A DNA stretch of 64,000 bases from Bacteroidota bacterium (GTDB taxonomy: Bacteria; Bacteroidota; Bacteroidia; Flavobacteriales; Flavobacteriaceae): NCBI GenBank assembly GCA_043778045.1, contig JAYWGW010000059.1, positions 552 through 64,551 on the forward strand, in the 5' to 3' direction. The notes beneath the pieces were generated by a model, which was not told the origin of the DNA, searched no databases, and saw only the letters and a list, made by a program, of their open reading frames with translations. The position numbers were made by a program, and so were the translations under genes. The number at the start of each line of letters is the position of its first letter. Positions within the stretch are counted from its first letter, which is position 1. This document shows, in pieces, positions 21,577 to 29,512 of this stretch.

Positions 21577-22357
21577 TATTTAAAATGGATTTTAATACAC
21601 TTATATCGGCATTTAGATGATTTTGTTTTTCAAAATGATCGTATGTAAAGTCTAATTTTTTCGGAGCAATGCTTTGAACAAATTCCATAATTTTTTGTGA
21701 TTTTCCTGATGCAATATTGATTGTTCCTATTGTATTTTTTTCAACAAGTTTAATTATGATGTCACAAACTTCGTCAGCATTCAAAAAATCTCGTGTCGAT
21801 AAAGCTCCAAATAGTTGAAATGGTTTTGTCAAATCTTCGTTTTGAAACCTTTGTATTAGGTTAGGATATAAAAAAGGTGGCTTTTGCGTTTCATGATAAA
21901 AACTAAATATTCTACCAATGCATAAATTAAAATTAGAATTATTTTTTTCATAATCATTCAAAACCAACTCACTCATATATTTCGTCAGTCCATAGGAATT
22001 TATTGGCGCTACTGCGTCATTTTCCTTCAGTGGATTTTCAGTGCTTTTATAAACATGACTGCTACTTGCATAAAAAAAATAAATGGGTCTGTTCAAATGC
22101 GAAATTGCCTTTATTAAATTTATTGTACCCGAAACATTCACTTCATAAGCAGTTGGTAAGTTATTTTGAACGTCTTTTACAGCAACTTTCGAAGCAAGAT
22201 GAATGATTTTTGATATTGGATTTTCGGTCAGCCAATTTTTTATATCGCCAGAATTTGTAATGTCGCCATCAAAAACAGAGACGTTGATGTTGCTTTCTAA
22301 AAACTTAGTTACTAATATTTTGCCTAAAACACCATTTCCGCCTGTAATGCCAATCAT
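21569..22357 (-). CDS. Short NAD(P)-dependent sugar epimerase/reductase (extended SDR)
   Basis: ITGGNGVLG, IIHLAS, YASSSHVY and YGLTK (YxxxK) motifs. Confidence 0.85.
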   Translation of the reverse strand: MIGITGGNGVLGKILVTKFLESNINVSVFDGDITNSGDIKNWLTENPISKIIHLASKVAVKDVQNNLPTAYEVNVSGTINLIKAISHLNRPIYFFYASSSHVYKSTENPLKENDAVAPINSYGLTKYMSELVLNDYEKNNSNFNLCIGRIFSFYHETQKPPFLYPNLIQRFQNEDLTKPFQLFGALSTRDFLNADEVCDIIIKLVEKNTIGTINIASGKSQKIMEFVQSIAPKKLDFTYDHFEKQNHLNADISVLKSILNND

Positions 22358-22399
22358 TAATATGAAATATTAAAAGTATCTTTTTTATAACCTGATATG

Positions 22400-22407
22400 C
22401 AAATATA
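22400..22407 (-). promoter_or_regulatory. -7 promoter element of the leftward glycan operon
   Basis: caaatata = TATATTTG on the minus strand, with a TTTG (-33-like) about 12 nt further upstream. Confidence 0.55.
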
Positions 22408-22478
22408 AGTTAATTTGGCAAAAAACGTAGTAGTCATTTTTAAAACATTTTATATGCTAAACAAAATTATAAAGTCAA

Positions 22479-22486
22479 TATCTTTG
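22479..22486 (+). promoter_or_regulatory. -7 promoter element of the Sua5/YrdC gene
   Basis: TATCTTTG 17 nt before the ATG. Confidence 0.55.
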
Positions 22487-22503
22487 CTAAAAATTTTCTA
22501 TTA

Positions 22504-23070
22504 ATGGACATCAACACTGAAATTCACAACGCATACGAAGTTATCAAAGAGGGTGGTATTATTCTCTACCCAACCGATACGGTGTGGGGCATTGGTTGCG
22601 ACGCTACAAACGAAGAGGCGGTTGCAAAAATTTATGCGCTTAAACAACGTGCCGAAACGCAAAGCATGATTTGCCTGATGAATGGCGAAAAAATGATATA
22701 TAATGTGTTTGCCTCCATTCCAGAAGTGGCATGGCAAATTTGGGATTTGTCCGAAAAACCAACAACTTTAATTTTAGACAAACCAAGAAACATTGCCAAA
22801 AATATCATCGCAACTGACAATACTTTGGGTGTTCGTTTGGTAAAAGAACCATTTTGTTTTAAGTTGATGGAACGTATGAAGCGTCCGTTGGTTTCCACAT
22901 CGGCAAACATTTCGGGACAACCAACGCCCAAAAATTTTGCAGAAATTAGTCCAGAAATCAAAAACGGAGTGGATTATATTGTGAATCTTCATCAAGAAAA
23001 AACAGAAGGAAAACCATCAACGATTATAAAAATTGCATTGGACAATCAAGTGAAGGTGATTAGAAAGTAG
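22504..23070 (+). CDS. Sua5/YciO/YrdC family (L-threonylcarbamoyladenylate synthase-like) protein
   Basis: YPTDTVWGIGCDA, IYALKQR and PLVSTSANISG motifs. Confidence 0.92.
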   Translation: MDINTEIHNAYEVIKEGGIILYPTDTVWGIGCDATNEEAVAKIYALKQRAETQSMICLMNGEKMIYNVFASIPEVAWQIWDLSEKPTTLILDKPRNIAKNIIATDNTLGVRLVKEPFCFKLMERMKRPLVSTSANISGQPTPKNFAEISPEIKNGVDYIVNLHQEKTEGKPSTIIKIALDNQVKVIRK

Positions 23071-23103
23071 TAGGTATTAAGTATTTAGTATCAAGTAGTA
23101 AGG
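23066..23103 (+). repeat. Heptamer array (gtattaa-like), left half
   Basis: gtagtaggtattaagtatttagtatcaagtagtaagg; continues in the same orientation at 25717-25790. Confidence 0.65.
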
Positions 23104-23172
23104 CAGACGTTGGTAAAAATGCAACCGAAAAACTAAAAATAACCAAATATTTAAAAGTCTATTTTTATAAAA

Positions 23173-23913
23173 ATGAATGAAATAAATCCTTCAATAAAAC
23201 ATCAGTTGACAATTGGAATTTTTATCAGTTTTTGGTGTTTCATTTTCGCATATTTTATCAAACCATTTGATGATGGATCAATCAGTTTAACGCAATGGAT
23301 TCTCATAAGTGTTGGTTTTAGTCTTATTTCATTTCTATGTTATGCATTAATTGCAGTAATTCAGAAAAATGTTTACGAAAAATTATTAAAATGGAATATT
23401 GTTTTTGAAATAATAATACTTCTAATTTTTAATTTACTTTTTCTAATATTAACCTATTTATATTATAAATGTCCAATTCTAAATGGAGGATTTGGCTTTT
23501 TGAAATTTTTACAAGTAATCATTCTTAAATCTGCTTTAATTTCAACTCCAATTATAGTTTTAGCAAGGATATATGCTGTTAAGTTAATTCCAATACAAGA
23601 CGAAAATATAATTATTAGAGGAGAAAACAAGATAGACTTTTTAAAAATAAGAAAAAGCGACTTGGTTTGTGTGTCTAACTCTCAGAATTATGTAGAAATC
23701 TTCTATATGGAAGAGAGCCAAATAAAAACAAAATTAATTCGTAGTACACTTAAAAAAGTTCAAAAAGATTTTGATTTTTTAGCTCAAATCCATCGCTCAC
23801 ATTTGATAAATCCATCTCATTTTAAAGCTTGGAAAAATCAAGAAACTATATTTTTGACTCAAATTGAACTTCCTGTTTCTAAAAATTACAAGGAGCATTT
23901 ATTATCCTTATAA
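23173..23913 (+). CDS. Membrane-anchored LytTR-family transcriptional regulator (no receiver domain)
   Basis: Four hydrophobic N-terminal segments, then a LytTR domain (SNSQNYVEI, RSTLKKV, QIHRSHLIN, LPVSKNY). Confidence 0.85.
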   Translation: MNEINPSIKHQLTIGIFISFWCFIFAYFIKPFDDGSISLTQWILISVGFSLISFLCYALIAVIQKNVYEKLLKWNIVFEIIILLIFNLLFLILTYLYYKCPILNGGFGFLKFLQVIILKSALISTPIIVLARIYAVKLIPIQDENIIIRGENKIDFLKIRKSDLVCVSNSQNYVEIFYMEESQIKTKLIRSTLKKVQKDFDFLAQIHRSHLINPSHFKAWKNQETIFLTQIELPVSKNYKEHLLSL

Positions 23914-23918
23914 TTTTC

Positions 23919-23992
23919 ATACCTAAAACGACATACTTTATACCTAATATCTCATTACTCACTATACATCGGTGGTTTCTCATCTATTTTTG
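23919..23992 (+). promoter_or_regulatory. Putative LytTR tandem operator plus -7 element
   Basis: atacctaa at 23919 and 23940 (exact 21-bp period); TATTTTTG at 23985-23992. Confidence 0.55.
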
Positions 23993-24018
23993 CATCTCAA
24001 ATCAAAATTAAAAAAATC

Positions 24019-25527
24019 ATGAAAAAGGTGTTATTTAGGAGATTGCTGTCTGTTGGTATTGTATTGTTTTGCATTTTTTTTTGGTCTTGTAGCGAACTAA
24101 CAAAGGTTTTAGGAAAGTCGACAAAAGTTATTGATATTGGTTCAATTGTTAATCCAACTCAACTAATTCAAATAAAAAATGTAAATATACTATCAGAAGA
24201 TTGTGGTTATTTCATTAAAAATCAAAACGTAATTCTTAAAAATGGCATTATAATTAATTTAGGAGAAAACCTACAAATGGATAGTACCGCTACCATTATT
24301 GACGGAACAGATAAATATTTAATTCCTGGTCTTATTGATTCTCATGTTCATATAAAAGAGAGTAAAAACGATTTATTTTTATATTTAGCAAATGGCGTAA
24401 CATCTATTAGAGAAATGGCTGGAAGACCAATTGCATTAGAATGGAAAAAAGAACTACAAAAGAACGGTATTGGACCAAGAATGTTTGTGGCATCGCCACC
24501 AATATATAGTTTTAGTGGATTAAAAGGTTATTTTTATCAATGGTCAAGACAGTCTGTCAATTATTCTAATAAAGCAGAAGCTGAAAAAAAGATAAAAAAA
24601 TTAAAAGATCAAGGATATGACGCACTCAAAATGTACGGTTTTGTGAATCCAGAAATGTTTAAAACAACAATAGCGATTGCTAAAGATTACAATATCGCTG
24701 TTATTGGTCATATTCCATTAGTGGATTTAGAAACATTTTATATATCAGGTCAAAAAGAGGTTGCTCACATTGAAGAATTAACAAAAATAATAATTGACAA
24801 TTTTGGAAAATCAATTAAAAATAATCCGGAGGAATTTCTCACTTACTTAAAAATACGTTCAGATGAAATTGCAAAAAAACTAAAGGCGAACAATATTAGT
24901 GTTACTACAACTGTTTGGTTATGTGAGAGTTTTTTGAATCAAAGATTTGACTTAAAGTTAAAACTTAAAGAAATAGAATTAAAATATGCCAATCCAAAAA
25001 TTATTGAAGGAACGCCACTTTACAAATTGGGCTGGTTACCAGGTAGAAACGGATATGAATATGATGGAAAAGACGACCCTAATGCAAAAAAATTATCATT
25101 AATTTATTGGAACACTTATGCAGAAGCCATTCATATTATGACAAAAGCTCTTGTCGATAATAACGTTGCCGTTATGGCTGGAACAGATGCCAATGTAGCG
25201 ACTGTTGTACCTGGGTTTTCATTGCACAATGAATTAGAATCTTTATCTAAATCTGGAATGACCAACTCACAAGCAATCTATTCGGCAACGGTTGAACCAA
25301 GCATTTGGATGAAACGGAATACCGGAAAAATAAAAGTTGGATACAATTCAGATTTAGTGCTACTATCAAAAAACCCATTAGAGGATATGAAAAATACAAA
25401 AACAATTGAATATGTTTTTTTTGACAAAAATATGATTGATAAAGTTCAAATCACAACTATTTTGAAAGCAATAGAAGAAGCGAATAATGAAAATAGAAGT
25501 GTAAAAATTGATGAATATATTAAATAA
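24019..25527 (+). CDS. Amidohydrolase family protein, probable lipoprotein
   Basis: Hydrophobic leader ending FWSC; IIDGTDKYLIPGLIDSHVH, GTDAN, LHNELE and SDLVLL..NP motifs. Confidence 0.85.
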   Translation: MKKVLFRRLLSVGIVLFCIFFWSCSELTKVLGKSTKVIDIGSIVNPTQLIQIKNVNILSEDCGYFIKNQNVILKNGIIINLGENLQMDSTATIIDGTDKYLIPGLIDSHVHIKESKNDLFLYLANGVTSIREMAGRPIALEWKKELQKNGIGPRMFVASPPIYSFSGLKGYFYQWSRQSVNYSNKAEAEKKIKKLKDQGYDALKMYGFVNPEMFKTTIAIAKDYNIAVIGHIPLVDLETFYISGQKEVAHIEELTKIIIDNFGKSIKNNPEEFLTYLKIRSDEIAKKLKANNISVTTTVWLCESFLNQRFDLKLKLKEIELKYANPKIIEGTPLYKLGWLPGRNGYEYDGKDDPNAKKLSLIYWNTYAEAIHIMTKALVDNNVAVMAGTDANVATVVPGFSLHNELESLSKSGMTNSQAIYSATVEPSIWMKRNTGKIKVGYNSDLVLLSKNPLEDMKNTKTIEYVFFDKNMIDKVQITTILKAIEEANNENRSVKIDEYIK

Positions 25528-25534
25528 ATGCACG

Positions 25535-25718
25535 TCTGCCAACAGCGGTTTGCTTCGCCTGTTCGCTCCTTCGGGCTCGGGTGTCGCAACTGGGGTTTGA
25601 GGCAATTCGCCGCGGCAAATGGTTTTATTTTACCGCGGCGAATGGTTTTTTATTCGATATATTAGGCTAACCACACCCCTTTGCATAGGCGGAACGCCAA
25701 GCCAAGAGACGGTGTATG
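25535..25718 (+). mobile_element. attC-like long imperfect palindrome ending the LytTR-amidohydrolase unit
   Basis: tctgccAAC-agcggtttg...gccaagccaagagacggtgt, starting 7 nt after the stop codon; nested inverted repeats and an internal 23-nt tandem duplication. Confidence 0.5.
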
Positions 25719-25790
25719 TATTAGGTACGAAGTATTAAGTAGAAGGTATTAAGTAATAGATCTTATGCATTAAGTTTTAGGTATTAATTA
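25717..25790 (+). repeat. Heptamer array (gtattaa-like), right half
   Basis: gtattaggtacgaagtattaagtagaaggtattaagtaatag...ggtattaa. Confidence 0.65.
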
Positions 25791-25828
25791 AAAATTAAAA
25801 AGTTGCAGTCTACAAATTTATCATATTG

Positions 25829-25877
25829 AAATCCAACAATCTAAAAATCCAACAGTCTAACAATCCAACAATCCATT
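25829..25877. repeat. Octamer array (aatccaac-like) after the mazG stop
   Basis: aatccaac aatctaaa aatccaac agtctaac aatccaac aatccatt. Confidence 0.7.
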
Positions 25878-25878
25878 C

Positions 25879-26652
25879 TCAAATCTTCTTCGCTTCATTC
25901 CAAAAAACATCCATTTCAGCGAGTGTCATGTCCATCAGCGGTGTGCCTAATTGGTCTGCTTTAGACTCCAAATATTGGAAACGTTTAATAAATTTTTTGT
26001 TGGTTCGTTCCAGTGCGTCTTCAGGATTTATATTTAAAAATCGTGCGTAATTTATCAGCGAAAAAAGGACATCGCCAAATTCAGCTTCCATTTTTTCTGG
26101 GTTTTTGGCATCAACTTCATCTTTAAATTCTTGCAATTCTTCTTGAACTTTTTCCCAAACTTGCTCAGAATTCTCCCAATCAAATCCAACTGCTTTTGCC
26201 TTGTCTTGGATGCGACTTGCTTTTACGAGCGCGGGCAGACCTTTCGGAACGCCTTCCAAAACTGATTTTTTACCTTCTTGAAGTTTTAGTTTTTCCCAGT
26301 TTTGTTTGACTTCATTTTCGTCATTTACAGTAACATCACCATAAATGTGAGGATGACGATGAATCAGTTTTTTACAAATCTCGTTGCAAACATCTGCTAT
26401 GTCAAACGAATTTGTTTCAGATCCAATGCGCGCATAAAATACGATATGCAACAATAAATCGCCTAATTCTTTTTTAATTTCCGTTAAGTTATTGTCTAAA
26501 ATAGCGTCGCCAAGTTCATAGGTTTCTTCAATTGTCAAATGCCGAAGCGACTGCATGGTTTGCTTTTTGTCCCATGGACATTGCTCACGAAGCTCGTCCA
26601 TAATGTTTAGCAATCTTCCAAAGGCTTGCAATTGATTGTCTTTATTTTGCAT
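25879..26652 (-). CDS. mazG: Nucleoside triphosphate pyrophosphohydrolase MazG
   Basis: LREQCPWDKKQT, EETYEL, ELGDLL, KLIHRHPH and EFGDVLF motifs. Confidence 0.96.
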   Translation of the reverse strand: MQNKDNQLQAFGRLLNIMDELREQCPWDKKQTMQSLRHLTIEETYELGDAILDNNLTEIKKELGDLLLHIVFYARIGSETNSFDIADVCNEICKKLIHRHPHIYGDVTVNDENEVKQNWEKLKLQEGKKSVLEGVPKGLPALVKASRIQDKAKAVGFDWENSEQVWEKVQEELQEFKDEVDAKNPEKMEAEFGDVLFSLINYARFLNINPEDALERTNKKFIKRFQYLESKADQLGTPLMDMTLAEMDVFWNEAKKI

Positions 26653-26680
26653 GATGTATGAATTTTAGTTATAAAAATAT

Positions 26681-26711
26681 CAAAAAAATCCTATCAAAAA
26701 ATTGATAGGAT
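26681..26711 (-). terminator. Intrinsic terminator after the DUF5606 gene
   Basis: atcctatcaa-aaaa-ttgataggat stem followed by a T run on the minus strand. Confidence 0.75.
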
Positions 26712-26733
26712 AAATGTTTACATTTTCAAAAAA

Positions 26734-27159
26734 TTACTGCTCCGTTTCTACTTCAACTTCTTCTTTTATTGGTGTTTCTTTTGAGACTAATCCTTTGGCT
26801 TGCAAAATATTGTACCAATTTATAATTTTTTTAATATCAGAAGCATAAACGCGATCTTGATCATAATCAGGCAAAACTTCAAGAAAATATGCCATAAGTT
26901 TTGCATTGTCTTCTTTGTGAGAAATCGCAGAACCTTCATTTTCCTTTACGGCAATGTTTCTAAGCACTTCTGAAAGTGGTTTTTCTTCCGTTTGTGTATA
27001 AACAGAAATTTCAGATAGTAAACTCACATTGCTACGCAGCCCTACTGTGATTTTTTTTCCATCTAAAAAAGATTCGGCTACAAATCCAGTTCTTGTTTGA
27101 ATTTTCAAAGAATAAAGTCCAGGTTTTCCTGCAATTGCTAATATTTTTTCTACGTTCAT
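26734..27159 (-). CDS. DUF5606 family protein
   Basis: ILAIAGKPGLY, LSEISVYT, PDYDQDRVYASDIKKIINWYN; start MNVEK at 27159. Confidence 0.85.
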   Translation of the reverse strand: MNVEKILAIAGKPGLYSLKIQTRTGFVAESFLDGKKITVGLRSNVSLLSEISVYTQTEEKPLSEVLRNIAVKENEGSAISHKEDNAKLMAYFLEVLPDYDQDRVYASDIKKIINWYNILQAKGLVSKETPIKEEVEVETEQ

Positions 27160-27410
27160 TTTTTTTTGTTTAAAGTTTAAATTTGTTTCAAGTTTCAAGT
27201 TGAATAAATTAGAAAATTGTTACAAATTATTTAAAATTTTCTGACTGAGAATTCACAATTATAAATTGTTTGCTAACATTTTTGTAAGTAACATGCGGCG
27301 ATCATTAAGTGCTATACTTTAGTAATTATAATTACCTTGTAAAAAATTGATTTAAATTTTAAGTAGTAATAAGACGTTTTAACTTTGTGACTTTACAACT
27401 TTCAACTTAC

Positions 27411-27998
27411 TTACCGTCCTTTTTTTGCAATATATTTCATTCGATAATCAGGGTTGGCCTTGCCTTCCATAATATTTTGCAACTTCTTTTTGATGAGTTG
27501 CTTTTTCAATGAAGAGATTTTGTCGGTAAATAATACGCCCTCAATATGGTCATATTCATGTTGTATTACGCGTGCAATAAGTCCATCAAAAACTTCGGTT
27601 TTTATCACAAAATCTTCCTCACAATATGAAATCGTTATGCGTTCATTTCTGTAAACATCTTCTCGCACATCAGGAATACTGAGGCAACCTTCGTTGAAGC
27701 TCCATTCTTCGCCTTCTTCTAAAACCATTTTGGCATTGATGAAGGTGCGTTTGAAACCTTTTAAAGTTTGCTGTTGTTCGTTTTTCAAGTCTTCATCATC
27801 AGCAAACGGCGATGTATCCACCATAAACATTCTGATAGCAAGCCCAATTTGTGGCGCAGCCAATCCAACGCCATTTGCATTGTACATGGTTTCATACATG
27901 TTGGCAACAATATCTTTTAAGTTCTCGTGCTCGGGACGAATTTCTTCGCAAACTTTTCTTAAAACAGGATCTCCATATCCAACTATGGGTAAAATCAT
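27411..27998 (-). CDS. def: Peptide deformylase
   Basis: GVGLAAPQIG, EGCLS and QHEYDH motifs. Confidence 0.97.
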   Translation of the reverse strand: MILPIVGYGDPVLRKVCEEIRPEHENLKDIVANMYETMYNANGVGLAAPQIGLAIRMFMVDTSPFADDEDLKNEQQQTLKGFKRTFINAKMVLEEGEEWSFNEGCLSIPDVREDVYRNERITISYCEEDFVIKTEVFDGLIARVIQHEYDHIEGVLFTDKISSLKKQLIKKKLQNIMEGKANPDYRMKYIAKKGR

Positions 27999-28195
27999 TT
28001 TTTATTTTTTTATTAAAACTTTTAAATTTTCAATCACAACGATGGCAAAAATAGTATATTATTTTTAAAATATCTTTGACTATATTGTTTCGGTTGTTAA
28101 AGTTTTGTTTAAAAATATCATTTTCAATACAAAATAAATGTTTATAAATTGTAAACTGAGTATTATGGGGAAATATTGATATGTAAAATTTATAG

Positions 28196-28690
28196 TTACA
28201 ATACAATTTTGCGCTTCATTGCTTCAACAATGCTATATACTGCTGGACAAATTGACAAATTTTGTAACGTTAAATCGGTAATTTGTTGAAATTTTTTTCT
28301 GTCCGTATGCGGAAATTCTCTACAAGCTTTTGGTCGAACATCATAGATTATACATTTATTTTCAGTATCTAAGAAAGAACACGGAACGCTTTGCAACACA
28401 TAATCTTTTTCCTCGTCAATTCGTAAATATGAAGCAATAAATTCCTGTGGTTTTTGACGCAAATATTTTGCAATTCGTTCAATATCAGATAATGTAAAAA
28501 GTGGTCCGGTGGTTTTGCAACAATTAGCACAATCTAAACAATTGGTTTTTTTAAATGTATTATCATGCAAATCTTGCATGATATAATCTAAGTTCTTTGG
28601 AGTTTTCTTTTTTAGTTTATCAAAATACTTTTTGTTTTCGATATGCTTATCTTTGGCAAGCTTTGGTAACAAGTTAATTTGATTTTGCAT
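28196..28690 (-). CDS. YkgJ family cysteine-cluster protein
   Basis: CLDCANCCK, C.FL, C.IYDVRPKACREFP motifs. Confidence 0.88.
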   Translation of the reverse strand: MQNQINLLPKLAKDKHIENKKYFDKLKKKTPKNLDYIMQDLHDNTFKKTNCLDCANCCKTTGPLFTLSDIERIAKYLRQKPQEFIASYLRIDEEKDYVLQSVPCSFLDTENKCIIYDVRPKACREFPHTDRKKFQQITDLTLQNLSICPAVYSIVEAMKRKIVL

Positions 28691-28752
28691 AAAGTTGATT
28701 ACGATGTTTTTGCAAATTTATACTATTCTTTATAAACTCAATTAATAATAAA

Positions 28753-29466
28753 ATGAAAGATTTGTTTGGCAAAGCCATGTTAGATTTTTATACAAATAAT
28801 AATTTTGAAAACATCATCACAGAAACCTCTATTTCTGAACCTGACGAAATGGAAATTGACTATATGTTTCGCAATTTTGCAGACATGCCATCAATTGAAC
28901 AAAGAGCACTTTCTTTGTGTTGCGGAAACGTTTTAGATGTTGGCTGTGGCGCGGGAAGTCACGCTTTATATCTGCAAAACAATAAAAAATTGAACATCAC
29001 GGCAATAGATTTCTCTGAAAATGCGATAAAAACCTGTAAGCTTCGTAGTTTGCAAAACGCCCATGTTGCAAATTTTTTCACCTTTCAATCCGACACTAAA
29101 TTTGACACTATTCTGTTATTGATGAATGGTACGGGAATATGTGGAAAACTTTGCAATCTGCCAAATTTTCTTCAAAAACTTAAATCACTATTGGCCGTAG
29201 ACGGACAAATTTTGATAGATAGCACCGATATTAGTTATATGTATGATATAGACAAAAACGGCGCAATTATTTTGCCTTTCAAAATGGAATATTTAGGCGA
29301 GTTAGAATTTTTTCTGAATTATAAAAATGAAAAAGAGTTTCCGTTTTATTGGCTTTATTTAGATTTTGAAACATTAAAGACGGCCTGTAAATTGCATGGT
29401 TTTTCTTGTGAATTGGTGTTAGAAGGAGACAATTCGACTTATTTGGCAAAAATTAAGTTGGCATAA
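28753..29466 (+). CDS. Class I SAM-dependent methyltransferase
   Basis: VLDVGCGAGSHALYL, AIDFS and FDTILLLMNG.GI motifs. Confidence 0.88.
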   Translation: MKDLFGKAMLDFYTNNNFENIITETSISEPDEMEIDYMFRNFADMPSIEQRALSLCCGNVLDVGCGAGSHALYLQNNKKLNITAIDFSENAIKTCKLRSLQNAHVANFFTFQSDTKFDTILLLMNGTGICGKLCNLPNFLQKLKSLLAVDGQILIDSTDISYMYDIDKNGAIILPFKMEYLGELEFFLNYKNEKEFPFYWLYLDFETLKTACKLHGFSCELVLEGDNSTYLAKIKLA

Positions 29467-29494
29467 AAAAACCCAAACTTTTCAGATTGGGTTT
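29465..29494 (-). terminator. Intrinsic terminator between convergent genes
   Basis: aaacccaa-acttttcaga-ttgggttt stem; T run on the minus strand. Confidence 0.6.
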
Positions 29495-29512
29495 CATAGA
29501 TTTTTTTAAAAA

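Noticed and set aside
23102-25540. LytTR-amidohydrolase unit as an IS or composite transposon
   Set aside because: Only a 9-bp inverted match, no transposase and no clear target duplication; kept only as an alternative to the cassette model
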